Source of the DNA: Eledone cirrhosa
Lineage: Eukaryota
Direction: 5' to 3'
Length of the DNA stretch: 64,000 bases
NCBI GenBank assembly: GCA_964016885.1
Contig: OZ024758.1
Coordinates: 18,910,001-18,974,000 of the forward strand
Part shown: positions 14,215-32,399 of the stretch, piece by piece
How positions within the stretch are numbered: position 1 is the stretch's first letter
Layout of the letters: every line of letters begins with the position of its first letter
Notes under the pieces: model-generated
What the model saw: only the letters and a program-made list of their open reading frames with translations
Database searches by the model: none
What the model was told of the DNA's origin: nothing
Made by a program: the position numbers and the translations under genes

Positions 14215-14356
14215 TAGTGATTGGTCCTTTATGCTCTGAGTTCAAATCTCGCCGAGGTTAACTTTGACTTTAACCCTTACGGGGTCGATAAACTAAAGTA
14301 CCAGTAATACACTGGTGGAATTGCTGGCATTGTGCCAGAAGTAGAAACAATTATTA
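14215..14356 (+). mobile_element. SINE family 1, 5'-truncated
   Basis: Runs from the B box GAGTTCAAATC to the GTAGAAACAATTATT tail. Confidence 0.8.
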
Positions 14357-14852
14357 TTAACACCTTGCATTTGAAGACTACTTATAATGATGTAGTGTAG
14401 AGCGCAGAATCCAACAAATGTAGCCGGCCACTATTATTAGCGTTGAATGCTGAAACTGGTGAGGCATGAGTAGCTAAGTATTAAACAACAATACACTACA
14501 GTATCTGTCATTCCCTGTTTTCTCAACGTTACATTTCTTATTCTATTTCCTGAAGAAGTATGAGCATTCGCTATCTTTAAAAAAAATTACAATATCAGAC
14601 ACACATACACGCACGGACGCACGCGCTCACACACACACGGACGCACGCACACACCCACTCACACATCAAACAGGTATGTGTACGTGCGCGTCTCTCTATC
14701 TCTAGCCTGCCTCTCTTTCTATATATATATGTGTGTGTCCCCACGTGGGTTCAGATAACGGTCAGTTCCTTAGCTTTCTATAGAACTAAATGCCTTTTGA
14801 AAAAGTGACTTCCTTCTTCGATCATCATATCAAATGCTTAACATTATTTGTT

Positions 14853-15366
14853 TTTGACTTTGCCTTTCATCCTTACGGGGTCGATAAAATAAAGTACCAG
14901 TAATGCACTGGATAATTGCTGGCCTTGTGCCAAAAGTAGAAACAATTATTTGTTTAGCAGATGGATTGGCAGTGGATTGACAGTATCAGTAGACGGTCGG
15001 ACGCCATGCTTTGACGCATAGAGCTACGGTTCTTGCCATTCTGAGTTCAAATGCCGCCGAGGTTTACTTTGCCTTTCATCCTTACGGGGTCGATAAAATA
15101 AAGTACCAGTAATGCACTGGTTAATTGCTGGCCTTGTGCCAAAAGTAGAAACAATTATTTGTTTAAGCAGACGGTGGATTGGCAGTATCAATAGAGAGTC
15201 GGACGCCATGCTTTCCAGCATAGTTACGTCTCTTTACGGTCTGAGTTCAAATCCCGTCGAGGTTAACTTTGACTTTCATCCTTACGGCGTCGAAAAAATA
15301 AAGTACCAGTAATGTACTGGTTTATTGCTGGCCTTGTGCCAAAAGTAGAAACAATGATTTGTTTAA
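14853..15366 (+). mobile_element. Three tandem SINE family 1 copies (first truncated)
   Basis: The body repeats three times, each followed by a TTTGTTTA(A)GCAGA-like spacer. Confidence 0.88.
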
Positions 15367-15649
15367 GAAGAGAGTACCTGATTTAGGAGTTGCAGAAACA
15401 CCATATTGGATTTTACCTCCGTATCCAGAGATCCGGGTATAATGTTCCATCATATTTTATTATTTGTTTGAGCCGAATAGCTTGTTCGCTTCTATGGCTT
15501 TGCGATTAATGGTTTAGCCATCGTCTCATTGTGTTTGGCCTTTTAACGTATCTTGCTGCTCTAGTTCACTCGTTCCTATGGAGCGGTAGACACCCATCTC
15601 GGAAGTTGTTTTTCGCTATTTTCCTATAGCCGAAATGCGGTTCTCGCTA

Positions 15650-19100
<3,451 letters not shown>

Positions 19101-19743
19101 ATCTGCCGGGATATGCCTATGTACATCTGTATTTGCAGTGGTGGGTGTATATATATATATTAAAATGTGTGAGTGTGTGAGTGTGTGAATGTTTATTTTA
19201 ACCGTGTCTGTGTGCGTGTTTGAGTGTCTATATGTGTAACTCAGAGAGAGAACCAGGCACACCCATACATACAGAGTGGGCGAGTATTACTGTAAATAGT
19301 GGCAAATAGATAATGGGTACATAGAAATATAGAGATTGAACTGGTTTTATATTTATACCATAGCTCAGCTTCCCTCATAAACATACAAGAAAGAGTAATG
19401 TAGCATAACAATCTCTGACCAGCATTGTAGCCAAAACTGTAATGAGCTTGAACTAATTTTAAGCTTCAGTGACTTCAGAATAGAACGCTACATTATAAAG
19501 TGCGTTCTACTATTTCCTGTAAATGACAACAGAATTAGCCAAATTTAAATTTTCATTGATCTCCTTCTAATATACATTGAAAATCTGGCAAATAACCATT
19601 AAAATCAAGCAGTGACACTGAATAAAACAAGACTGAAGACATAATATATAATGTATTGCATGCATTTAAAGATAATGTTTGTTTATTTTCATCTACTTTT
19701 CTTTCTTTCCATATTTCTTGGTTTTTCAAAGATATGATATAAC

Positions 19744-19779
<36 letters not shown>

Positions 19780-19781
<2 letters not shown>

Positions 19782-19830
19782 CTTCCTGAAGATTTCATCT
19801 GAATGAAACAGTACTAGTCCTGTAGAAGCT
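19780..19830 (+). ncRNA. Type I hammerhead ribozyme (family H) in the TA-flanked fragment 19779-19917
   Basis: CTTC-CTGAAGA-T-TTCATCTGAA-T-GAAA-CAGTACTAGTCCTG-TA-GAAG. Stem III is one mismatch from the palindrome ACAGGACTAGTCCTGT. GUA cleavage site. Confidence 0.72.
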
Positions 19831-19916
19831 CCTTCTATAAAATAAAAAAAAATATTCTGCCATGTATTGAGTACCTTACTTACTGTGGTTATCCCCGACT
19901 CAACCCGGGACCTACG

Positions 19917-19944
<28 letters not shown>

Positions 19945-19949
<5 letters not shown>

Positions 19950-21198
19950 ATTCAACGAGATCTACACCCAAAATGAGGGAGCATCCATTGGCGTCAGCAT
20001 AGCTGGTGACGTTACCAACCTTTTTATGGTATGGTGGGAAAGGAGACTCACAGATCTCCTTGATGAGAGCTCCATATACCTCGTCATGTACTCTCGTTAC
20101 GTAGACGCCATCAATATAGTAATAAGGAGATCCCCACGCGAGAGTACTAACACGTTTGATTTAGAACGTAGCACAATGGAAATCATACAGCAGATAGCTA
20201 ATTCCATACACCAGAGTATTACTGTAACTATCGACTACCCTTCCAAACACCATAACAATAGACTACCTGTATTAGACACGGAACTCAGGATTAACACTAT
20301 AGACGAGAGAGCCCAAATTCTCCTCTCACACTATGCTAAACACATGGCCTCCAAATACCTGATACTCAAACACTCAGCAATGTCCAGTAGAACTAAGTTT
20401 AATATTCTGTTCGCAGACTTGGTACGAGTGATGAAAAACGTGTCCCGCATGTGCGACCCAACAGAAATGGAGAGACACATCCAACACTTCATCAACCGCA
20501 TGCAATTCTGTGGCTACAACCAAAGAGACAGAATCAGAGTTTACGAAGGAGCCACGGAGAAATATAAGACCCTCATAGAACTGGACATGAAAGGAATTTG
20601 CCCATTATACAGGAGCAAATCATGGAATAGGTTAGATAGGACTAGACATAAGATAGGGAAAGCCATCTCATGGTACGACAATCAGAGATACCAGAGTTTC
20701 ATGTTTGTGGACGCTATCCCTGGAGGGAAATTAGCTAACCAGTGTAGAAACGCCCTGAGAAAGACCCACTTAAAGATTAAGGTGGTAGAAAAGACAGGAA
20801 CCACCATAAAATCCATGATCAGCAAAACCTACCCTTTTAGGAAAGCCCACTCTACTAATAGGAAACGTATTATATGTAAAGTAAACCCCCGGATAAACTG
20901 TAAAACTAGAAACATAGCCTATAGCATAAGATATACAGAGGGTACTTGCAGAAACATGAGAACAACATACATAGGCGAGACAGCTCGTAGCATAGGTGAA
21001 ATGATAGACCAACACTGGTTAAAAAAAGGAAAAAACGGTTCAGTACTGTACGAACATGCCAGACAACAACACAACGGTAATATAGACAACATAGAAATTA
21101 GAATAATATCTAAACATAGAAATGTCCCAGCAGATAGGCAAATCAGAGAAGCTAGCGAAATAGAACTTAGAAGGCTAAGGCTAAACAGAAAAAATTAA
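19945..21198 (+). pseudogene. Penelope-type RT and GIY-YIG endonuclease, N-terminally truncated
   Basis: QNEGASIG...NLFM, YSRYVDA (YVDD mutated), LPVLD. GIY-YIG motifs NIAYSI...YIGETAR...VLYEH...RQIREA. Confidence 0.88.
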
Positions 21199-21488
21199 TG
21201 GAATAACAACAACACCCAAACAAAGAACACTGACCTAAGAGAAGTATAAATAATTAAATATATACATACATAAGCACAATAACAACAAACACATATAAAC
21301 ACACACTAGTAAACTAAGATAGAATACAATAACCAATACACAGTCACCGAAACACGAACACACATCAAACAAAACATTATACACGCACGCAAACGCATGC
21401 GCAGAGAAGACAAACAAAAAAAAAAATAAATAAATAAACAGACTAAATAAAGATGGCTTCGGCATACAATACAACGGGAGGAAACACA

Positions 21489-21545
21489 ATAGCACCACTG
21501 ACGATGTTGCAGATGTGCAAAGAAAGAACTGTGTTAGACTATATA
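21489..21545 (+). ncRNA. Degenerate hammerhead-like motif in the family C 3' region
   Basis: CTGACGA-TG-TTGCA-GATG-TGCAA-A-GAAA-GAACT. Sister copies read CTGATGA...TGCAAC-GAAA. Stems I and III pair poorly. Confidence 0.45.
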
Positions 21546-21767
21546 TATGTGTTTGTGTCTATATTGTTTCTGTATTTTTGACCGTTGGTCAGTCAATGGT
21601 AACATTGAGGACCGAATAAATAAAATTAACCGATATAAAAGACAGAGAAGCCAAAATCAACCAAACAGTGAGTGTGTTCTGTTATTAATTCTGGCAATAG
21701 TATTACACAAATATGACCTTCCCCAAGTATAACAATATATATGTATATATATATATATATACATATA

Positions 21768-21835
<68 letters not shown>

Positions 21836-21970
21836 TATACATACATACATATATACATATATACATACACACATATATATATAAATACATACACATATAC
21901 ATATATATATATATATATGCATATAGATATAAATTCCAATATATATATATGCATATAGATATAAATTCCA

Positions 21971-22011
<41 letters not shown>

Positions 22012-22052
22012 TATATAGATATATATATATATATATATAGATATAAATTCCA

Positions 22053-22116
<64 letters not shown>

Positions 22117-22487
22117 ATGTCTAATGCAGTAGTTGATAAAACCGTTAGTGATTCGCACTAAATGCTCAAAGGTATATAATTAGTCCTATCATTTTCACAG
22201 TTCCTGTTCAAATGCCGCTGCGATCAACTTCATATATTAGCTATTCGTATCGGGAAGATATAATATCCTTCAATCAACCCAGAGGCTGGAATTGCTCGCC
22301 ACTTACCTCCTTATTTATTCTATAGATATGTAAGAAATATGTATTTAGAAATGTTTAAAATATAACTCACATGTTATATCTTTAGTTTTTAATGCATTAT
22401 ATAGTACAACTATTTCTGTTTCCTTTTCTGAGTTAGCTTTCAATCGTGTCTCTGCCAGATTTTCCTAAAGTTGAAGTCAGGGGAAAA

Positions 22488-22708
22488 TAATGGTTTCTTA
22501 TATTGGCACAAGGCCACCAATTTTGGTGGAGAGAAAAGTCGATTGAATCGGCCCCAGTGCATGACTGGTATTTATTTTATTGACCCCGTAAGGATGAATG
22601 GCAAAGTTAACCTCGGCGGGATTTGAACTCATATCATAAAGTGCCGTAACTCTATGCTGCAAAGCATGGCGAAAAAACCCTCTATCGATAATGCCAATCC
22701 TCCGCCCT
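22488..22708 (-). mobile_element. SINE family 1 (longer 3' variant)
   Basis: Reverse-complement match with an extra segment before the tail. Confidence 0.8.
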
Positions 22709-23924
22709 GCTGTCGGGGGGAAATAATAGAAGGGACTTATACTGTGTGAGATCCCTCTAACCATGTGCCTCATCGAAAGCAAATAGACTGGGTCTAGCAC
22801 GTAAGATGCATAATTCTTTATTCATGATAATACGTTAAACACCTTTATTGTTATAACATGTCCTTCAGCTCGTCCTTGAATATTTTAATGAAGTCTGAAT
22901 CAGTTACGAGCAACACGCGTGTGTACTTTGTCTGAGGATATATTGTCTTCACTTGCTCTGTTTTAATAAAGCAACATAAGCTGTGTTGTATCTAACCCTT
23001 TGTATAGGTTTCCACTTCTAATTTACTGTCGGCATACGCAAAACCCTTCGAAGAATGACGACATCTATATTCATTTACTCACCACCAAATATTGTTTAAA
23101 TATTTAGACTCAATGCCAAAAAGCGTGAGAGGAGGGGAATCGAATAAATTTAATTACCAAATAATGTAAAAAAAGCAAAACAAAAAAAAAACTGATGCGT
23201 GTAACAACCTTACTGCTTGGCCAATGAACTTTACAATTCACTAGTTAAAGGTAGGAAAAAATAATTAAAATAGACAAGAGTGCCTCTTATGTCGTGTGGG
23301 CAGGCCGCTCAATTTATGTATTATTATGTGCATATCAAACTGTTGACATGACGTCGCACTGAATTTAAGATATATTTGGTTAAAGCAGAAAACATTCTAC
23401 GAAGTGTATGGATAAATTAAGATTCATCATTGTTACAGGTATACAGACACATGATTTTTCGAGTTAAGTATTGTATGATTTGAAATTATGAGCGAAATAT
23501 GTATTGATTAAGTTTAAAATGAAATTATTTCATGAACTTTGTTCTTGAAACTGCAGAACATGTATCAAACAGAGGACACCTAAATTACTGATTAAAATGG
23601 CTTTATATCACCTAATATATTAAAAACACACTAATGGCAATAATAGTAAATCAGTCGAACAGATGATGTAAAATTGTTTGTCATTCTGTTTCATTTCGTT
23701 TCAAAGTCTCACTCATGCTGCATTATCTAAAATATTCCGGAAACGTCGATTAGCAACGATTTTACATTTTCTAGAATTTATTTGCACCCACGTATAACGG
23801 ATAAACATCTTGAATCGCTAGCGACTGACGTTCTCATATATATATCAATTGAGAGAGGTGCGACATGAGCGCAAATTTCTTAGTGAGACAATGTTTTTAT
23901 TATACATAATATCATATATGATTC

Positions 23925-24101
23925 AATATCGGTAGAAGTTCGGAGACCATGCTTTGACGCATAGAGTTACGGCACTTGCCATTCTAAGTTCAAATTCCAC
24001 CGTGGTTAACTTTGCCTTTCATCATTACGGGGTCGATAAAATAAAGTACCAGTGATGCAGTGGGCAATTGTTAGCCTTGTGCCAAAAGTAAAAACAATTA
24101 G
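23925..24101 (+). mobile_element. SINE family 1
   Basis: Body and tail match. Confidence 0.82.
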
Positions 24102-24290
24102 TTCATTACACATATAATATTGTACATAATCATAGCATCAAATAAAGCTATATTAATTGAAATATAAAAACATTATAGATTTATATTCTTTTCATGAGCT
24201 GACCTTTCGTTACATATTATATTTCTACCTTCTATATTCAAACAGACATCTGAAATCTGTGCTTAAGGGGTTCCCATTGCAATCTTAGGA

Positions 24291-24488
24291 AATAACTGTT
24301 TCTACTTTTGGCACAAGGCCAGCAATCATCCCAGTGTATTACTTGTACGTTATTTTATCGACCCGGTAAGGATGATGAAAGGTAAAGTTAACCTCGGCGG
24401 GATTTGAACTCAGACCGTAAAGCGCCGTAACTCTATGCTGCTAAGAATGGCGTCTGACCCTATACCGGTTCTGCCAATCCACCGCCCT
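24291..24488 (-). mobile_element. SINE family 1 with target-site duplication
   Basis: Full-length copy. AATCTTAGGAAATAA on both sides. Confidence 0.85.
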
Positions 24489-24623
24489 AGGAAATCTTAG
24501 GAAATAATGATGTTGGAAAGAGAGCCATTTTTTTCCATCTATAGCAGTATTTTAGCTGGTTTTCTAAACATTAAGACATCGACTGTCGTTACGGTTAATT
24601 TCTGCGTTAGGGATTCCTCCATT

Positions 24624-24690
<67 letters not shown>

Positions 24691-24717
24691 GTATATAGAA
24701 TTCACAAGTATCATAGG

Positions 24718-24776
24718 TATGTTCAAAGCATGTATTACATTGAGCTATGTTCAAAGCATTTATTACATTGAGCTAT
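24718..24776. repeat. 28-bp tandem duplication
   Basis: TATGTTCAAAGCATKTATTACATTGAGC x2. Confidence 0.85.
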
Positions 24777-26221
24777 TTATCTTACTGGTAATAAAGTAGT
24801 AATAAATTACTGACCTTCCCTGTTTATGGTTTAAAATATACATAACTATAAATAGTATCCTTAATATTATATATATGTATATATATATCTGTATGTGTGT
24901 GTGAAAGAGAAAGTGTGTGGATACGTATATGCGTGTGTATATTTGTGTATAGTATTTGTGCGTGTCTGAGTTTGTGTTTAAGTTTATATTTTTATGATAT
25001 TTCTTAAATTAATTGAAGAGCAAATAGAAATTTATTAAATAAGCTTAGGGATCGATAAACCCGATTGAACCTTCGAGACGATGGTACAACATGAACGCTG
25101 TCTGATGAATTAAACCAGTAAAGAGGAAAATAATACATATGTATGTGTGCTTGAATGTATTTGCAGATGTACATATGTGATGTATTTTAACTACATATGA
25201 ATCTCTAAGAGAGAACAAGAAATAATTTATAGGAACTAAATTAAATGTACTCGGCGTCTCTAATCTTCGATTTCCGAATTAAAGTAAATTTATGATTTGC
25301 CACAATTCTTTCCACCACATGATTATTCAGTTGTCAATGTTTTAAATTCGTTGAATATCTACCCGTTGTTCATATCTTTCATATGCTCGTATGTCAATGC
25401 TCATATTCATTCTTCAGTTGATGAATTATTCGTATATTCATAAATGTTAGTTGTTTCTCTGTTCTTACATATTTATATATCTATTAGTCTCCATTAAATG
25501 CTTATCAGTAGTTGGTTGTTATTAATTATGGTCTTAAATTAATGTTTATAATTTATAGCCTCAAACGACAACATGGTGCTGCTTAGTGTTGCATTACAAA
25601 GGAATTATTGGTAATTGTAGACTTTCGTGCAATGTAATTACTAGAGCTAACACTATCCTTACTGCTTTCTATATCATCAGTCAAAGTGTATTAACCATTT
25701 TCACCCGCTACTCGCCTCACATCATTCTGTAATCTATGTGATCACTTGATGTATCTCCTCGTTAAATTATTTCTTCAAATCGCGCACCTGAAGAAGTGAT
25801 TTCTTCATTTAATCATACATTTTCACTTATTAAATTTCATAATAATTGCAGGTTTTTCCGAACATAAGGTTGTAACGTGGTTCTCAAAACAAACTTTCCA
25901 GACGCATCTTTGATTAATATGATTAATCCACAGTTATTGATATTGATGCATAAAACGGCATCAATATTTCCAGGATAAAGACTCAACTCTGTATAAATCT
26001 GATAAATCTCAACTCTGTATTTACAGTACCTATATATATATATATGTGTGTGTGTGTCTGTGTGTTCAGAAAGAGTTGTTTTGGTAAAAACAGGTGTAAG
26101 CAGTAGAAAGCTCTCTACAGACCTAATTTGTAGTTACTATGGAGATCAGTATAAGAATAACATTAAGAATAATGCTGGATAGAAGATTTATGTAACATCA
26201 GCATCGTACTTAATGTTATTC

Positions 26222-26292
<71 letters not shown>

Positions 26293-26299
<7 letters not shown>

Positions 26300-26402
26300 A
26301 TATTTGGGGAGGATCATAGTGTTATAATATTGCCAGAAATAATAACATAACACACTCACTGTTTGGTTTGGTTTGATTTTCTCTTCTGTATCTTTTATAT
26401 CT
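26293..26402 (-). mobile_element. Penelope family C extreme 3' fragment
   Basis: Reverse complement of about 21630-21736, abutting (TA)n. Confidence 0.75.
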
Positions 26403-26966
26403 CCACAGTTAATTTATCTAGCACACATCTTGGAATCATAAGTGGTACTATAGTGTTTCCACTGGTTGCATTGTAATGCCTACGCCACTTTTATTTAATT
26501 TGTGTGTATATATATATATATATATATAATTATATATATATATAATTTTATATACATATATATATATATACGTAATTAATAGACTTTAGTTGAAAATGGT
26601 TAATGTCAATACATTTAAACAAGTAATATATTTAGAAATGAACGTAAGAAATACCTAATTATTGCTAAAATATGATAACTATTGGAAAGTGAATTCTATA
26701 TATATCTCCCAAAAGTAATGAGAGATTTAAAATGCATGCAAACAATAGCTTGTCGCAACAAAACCAATATTTTTACTGCAGTATCAGAGATATAGTTCAG
26801 CAAGAGCTGTTACTTTTACTTCTGTAATCTCGTTCTCAATACAGATAAAAAGACCAAAATATTTGCCAGAAGACTTTCTTAATCTACACTGAGAACCACT
26901 TCCTGATATTAACATGCTAGTGTCAGACCATTCTACATACACTCAAAATGTTAAGGTAATACTTAA

Positions 26967-27046
26967 GGAGAGTCAGTGGGAAACAGCGTGTGGTACAGTC
27001 GGTTGTGGAGAGTCAGTGGGAAACAGCGTGTGGTACAGTCGGTTGT
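26967..27046. repeat. Perfect 40-bp tandem duplication
   Basis: GGAGAGTCAGTGGGAAACAGCGTGTGGTACAGTCGGTTGT x2. Confidence 0.92.
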
Positions 27047-27425
27047 TTTATCCGGCAGTTACATTTTACGATGTTGGCATCTGGGAAGAGAAGAGCAAGA
27101 AGATATAATGTGTATTTTTCAAAGATACTAAACGTTGCCAACAAAAAGGATACATACTCTAACCATGAAACCATTAGTTTTTATTCTATTTAAACTGCAT
27201 TCATGGCTTATACTTAGAGCACGGTTGTATATTGAGACTTAAATAAAATTCGCCCAGGTATATCAAAATCGTTTCTAGACGGTTGAGGAATTTTTTTAAA
27301 ATTTACTCATGAATCAAATCAAATATATCAGGCACATTTGAGAACTGTGTTTTAAAACCCATTATATCTAAGAAACAACCATGAGACAGAGAGACAGATA
27401 TATAGATATATATATAGCGAGAGAA

Positions 27426-27505
<80 letters not shown>

Positions 27506-27973
27506 CCAATGAAACCGAATTAGTATGGGTTAGAAGCATGACATATATAGAGCAGTTTGATATTTTTGTTGTTGAATCTTCGTAACATCCATATAAGCTT
27601 CTGAATAAGATTAATTCCCAATAATCCACTAAATATTGACTCCACAGAGAACTAGTATGACGTAATATATCTATATTATTATATTGGGTTGCGATATAAA
27701 TCTTGCCTGATAAAAACATATGTGAAACATCACTTGTGTATATAAACTCTACTTCGGTATTGAGTACTCATTCTCTCGTCCATCAATATCACGTGAATCA
27801 CTCTCTCACAAGCACACTCTCTCTCTCTTTCTCACTCTGTCCATCTCTCTTTCTCTCATATATCTATCTCTTTATCTATCTATCTATCTATCTATCTATA
27901 TATATATATATATATATATATAGCCCTTGTGGCTAATAAAGAAATCTATCTATCTATATATATATATACATAC

Positions 27974-28004
<31 letters not shown>

Positions 28005-28099
28005 CTTATGTATTTTTAATTGTGTGTTATTATTTATGTATATGTATTTCCTTTCTCTCTCTCTCTCCACTCACATATACATACATATGAATAATATGT

Positions 28100-28161
28100 A
28101 TTTATATACATTTATATATATATATATTTATATATATGTATGTATATATAAAATTCATATG

Positions 28162-28232
<71 letters not shown>

Positions 28233-28263
28233 CATATGAATCATATATGTATACACGCACACA

Positions 28264-28331
<68 letters not shown>

Positions 28332-28393
28332 GTATATATATATATATATACGTATATATATATATATATACGTATATATATATATATACATAC

Positions 28394-28429
<36 letters not shown>

Positions 28430-28518
28430 GTATATATATATATATATACGTATATATATATATATATATACGTATATATATATATATATATACGTATATA
28501 TATATATATATACATACG

Positions 28519-28554
<36 letters not shown>

Positions 28555-28640
28555 CATACGTATATATATATATATATATATACATACGTATATATATATA
28601 TATATATACATACGTATATATCTATATATATATACATACG

Positions 28641-28674
<34 letters not shown>

Positions 28675-28816
28675 TATACATATATGTTATATGATATTCA
28701 TATATATACATATACATATATACATATATGTTATATAATATTCATATATATATATATACATATATGTTATATAATATTCATATATATATATATATATACA
28801 TATATGTTATATAATA

Positions 28817-28858
<42 letters not shown>

Positions 28859-29032
28859 TACATATATGTTATATAATATTCATATATATACATATATGTT
28901 ATATAATATTCATATATATATATATATATTTATATAATATTAATATATATATATATATATTTATATAATATTCATATATATATATATATATTTATATAAT
29001 ATTCATATATATATATATATTTATATAATATT

Positions 29033-29065
<33 letters not shown>

Positions 29066-29107
29066 CATATATATATATATATAATATTCATATATATATA
29101 TATAATA

Positions 29108-29183
<76 letters not shown>

Positions 29184-29302
29184 TCATATATATATATATA
29201 TATATATAAAATATTCATATATATATATATATATATATAAAATATTCATATATATATATATGTACATATAATATTCATATATATATATATGTATATATAA
29301 TA

Positions 29303-29359
<57 letters not shown>
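28100..29359. repeat. (TA)n with periodic TACG and ATAATATTC interruptions
   Basis: Read directly from the sequence. Confidence 0.95.
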
Positions 29360-29362
<3 letters not shown>

Positions 29363-29629
29363 AACAAAAGATGGTTACAGATGTTCCATGTATTTTATTA
29401 TGCGCATTTCAAAAACAAATAACATCATGTCCTCCTGTTTTATCTGATGAAAACACAAATATTATTGCATGATGATATTTGTTTTTGAAATGCGCATAAT
29501 AAAATACATGGAACTCCTTTAACCATCTTTTGTTCTTATATATTATGTATACTCCAGTCCCACAAACTGTAGAGTACTTCTTATTGGATATCTGCATTGT
29601 TTTATTGTACTACAATAAAACTCACCTCC

Positions 29630-29632
<3 letters not shown>
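29360..29632 (+). mobile_element. Hammerhead-bearing two-arm element (family K)
   Basis: 29360-29429 is the inverted copy of about 29469-29538. (TA)n on both sides. Confidence 0.75.
29438..29504 (+). ncRNA. Minimal type I hammerhead ribozyme (family K)
   Basis: TTTTAT-CTGATGA-AAACACAAATATTATTGCATGATGATATTTGTTTTT-GAAA-TGCGCA-TA-ATAAAA. Palindromic stem III ATGCGCAT. Confidence 0.78.
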
Positions 29633-29685
<53 letters not shown>

Positions 29686-29718
29686 ATATTCGTTTATATA
29701 TATATATATATAATATTC

Positions 29719-29762
<44 letters not shown>

Positions 29763-30214
29763 CATATATATATATGTATATATAATATTCATATATATAT
29801 ATATATATATGTATATATAATATTCATAATATTGCTTTGATTACACTTTTATATATTGATTTTTCTGTTGGCTGCACATTTTTCTCGTAGATTTCGTCGT
29901 CAAATCGTTTAAAGATGAAATTTCTCGCGACATAAAGAAACTGACGTAAAGTCAGTTCAACAGAGGGGCATACATAACCACTCATATGTATATATGCAGC
30001 CATGCTTTCGTGATCTCACAAAAACATATATACGTTGCTGTGTACAGACAATAATACGTGATCACCTCATCTTCCCAACGCATACACAAATAAAGACGCA
30101 GACAGACAGATAATCTACTCCCCACTGAGATATAAGTATAAAATTTCAAGACAACACAAGAGTGTAACGTTTATTTTATTCCATATATTTATCATTTGGT
30201 TTTGTGTGTGTGTG

Positions 30215-30268
<54 letters not shown>

Positions 30269-30285
30269 CACGGACACACACGTAA

Positions 30286-30358
<73 letters not shown>

Positions 30359-30481
30359 TATATATATAAATTGGGTTTATACTATTATAATATATATATA
30401 TATGTGTATATATATATATACTCTTATATATATATGCATATACATATATTTGTGTGTGTGTGTATATATATATGTTTATAT

Positions 30482-30524
<43 letters not shown>

Positions 30525-30546
30525 CACACACACACATATATATATT

Positions 30547-30590
<44 letters not shown>

Positions 30591-30983
30591 TATATGTGTG
30601 TATCTATGTATCTATATATATACACACACATAGACTTATATTATATGTCTTTCCTTCGTCAATAACGCAACGTTGTTGTATTGCTTATTCAAATATCGAC
30701 ATTGAAAGAAGAAACAACTCTTTTAGAAGTATAATTCCAGATTTGGCCGATAGAGAATTTACCCGTCAAAATAAGCCATCTATATTGATCTAGCCGAAGT
30801 ATACTTTACTGAACTTGTTAGGCAAAATTCCTGAATTCTCGGGAGGAAATATGTTTGAGTCCTTCACTAAATATAATAGCCGACAACAAAATATAGACAT
30901 CGTATTTCCAATGCCCCCCTCTCTATCTCACACTCTCTCTTTCTCTCTCCATCGTTCTTTCTCTCAAACATATATATATTCAT

Positions 30984-31036
<53 letters not shown>

Positions 31037-31045
31037 TATATATAT

Positions 31046-31108
<63 letters not shown>

Positions 31109-31589
31109 TAGATATATATTCCCTCACCCTCTCGGTCTCACTTTATCGACAACACTCTATTGGATACGTTCGCTCATTCTTTGTTTTTCTCTTAAACACA
31201 TACACATACATTGTCTTAATCTGTTCAACTCTCCTTCTCCATATTTCTCCCTCACATAGACACATTCACTCTCTATCCTCTCTACATATCTCCTCTTCTC
31301 ACATCCTTTTGTCACAAACTCGCTCTTTATTTATCGTTTGTTTCTCGAGTTCTCTCAGGTATCATCTCATCAATATTCAAGTTTTGAAATATACTTGACG
31401 TTTAAACTTTGGCCTTTCATTTACAACTGACATCTACAGAAAGTTCGGTGAAATATCTTCTTCTTTAGTCAGGTTCAGATATTTGCTGACCGTTGTGGTT
31501 AGATTCTTTGCTATATATATCTATATCTATCTATCTATCTATCTATTTATATATCTATCCACCTATATTTCTATCTATCTATCTATCGG

Positions 31590-31673
<84 letters not shown>

Positions 31674-31677
31674 CATA

Positions 31678-31716
<39 letters not shown>

Positions 31717-31745
31717 TAATATATATATATATATATATATACATA

Positions 31746-31792
<47 letters not shown>

Positions 31793-31794
31793 TA

Positions 31795-31826
<32 letters not shown>

Positions 31827-31828
31827 TA

Positions 31829-31859
<31 letters not shown>

Positions 31860-31863
31860 CATA

Positions 31864-31943
<80 letters not shown>

Positions 31944-32006
31944 TATTAATATATATATATATATATATACATATTAATATATATATATATATATATATTT
32001 ATACAT

Positions 32007-32055
<49 letters not shown>

Positions 32056-32399
32056 CATATACGTATATATTTACATATACGTATACATATAAGTACATAC
32101 ATCATTCACAATCACACACATATATATATATATAAATATATATATATATATGTGTGTGTGTATGTGCGTGTGTGTGTGAAAGAGAGAGAGTTAGTGTACA
32201 CTTTTGTAAGCATGAGAGCATAGGTTTTTATATTTGCATGAGTATTTATTCATTTCTCTATAAGATATAAATCCGACGGCACTCCTATTGAATTTCTCTT
32301 CCATATTATACACTACTGTCTAATCTGTATATACTGAAAATTGAAAACTAACATTTCGTTTTTTGACATCTATTTTCATAATTCGTCACTGGTTCCCAG

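Larger units (their letters stand above)
19945..21736 (+). mobile_element. Penelope-like retroelement (family C), 5'-truncated, in (TA)n
   Basis: RT C-terminal half plus GIY-YIG ORF, followed by about 540 bp of 3' region shared with three other loci in the window. Confidence 0.9.
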
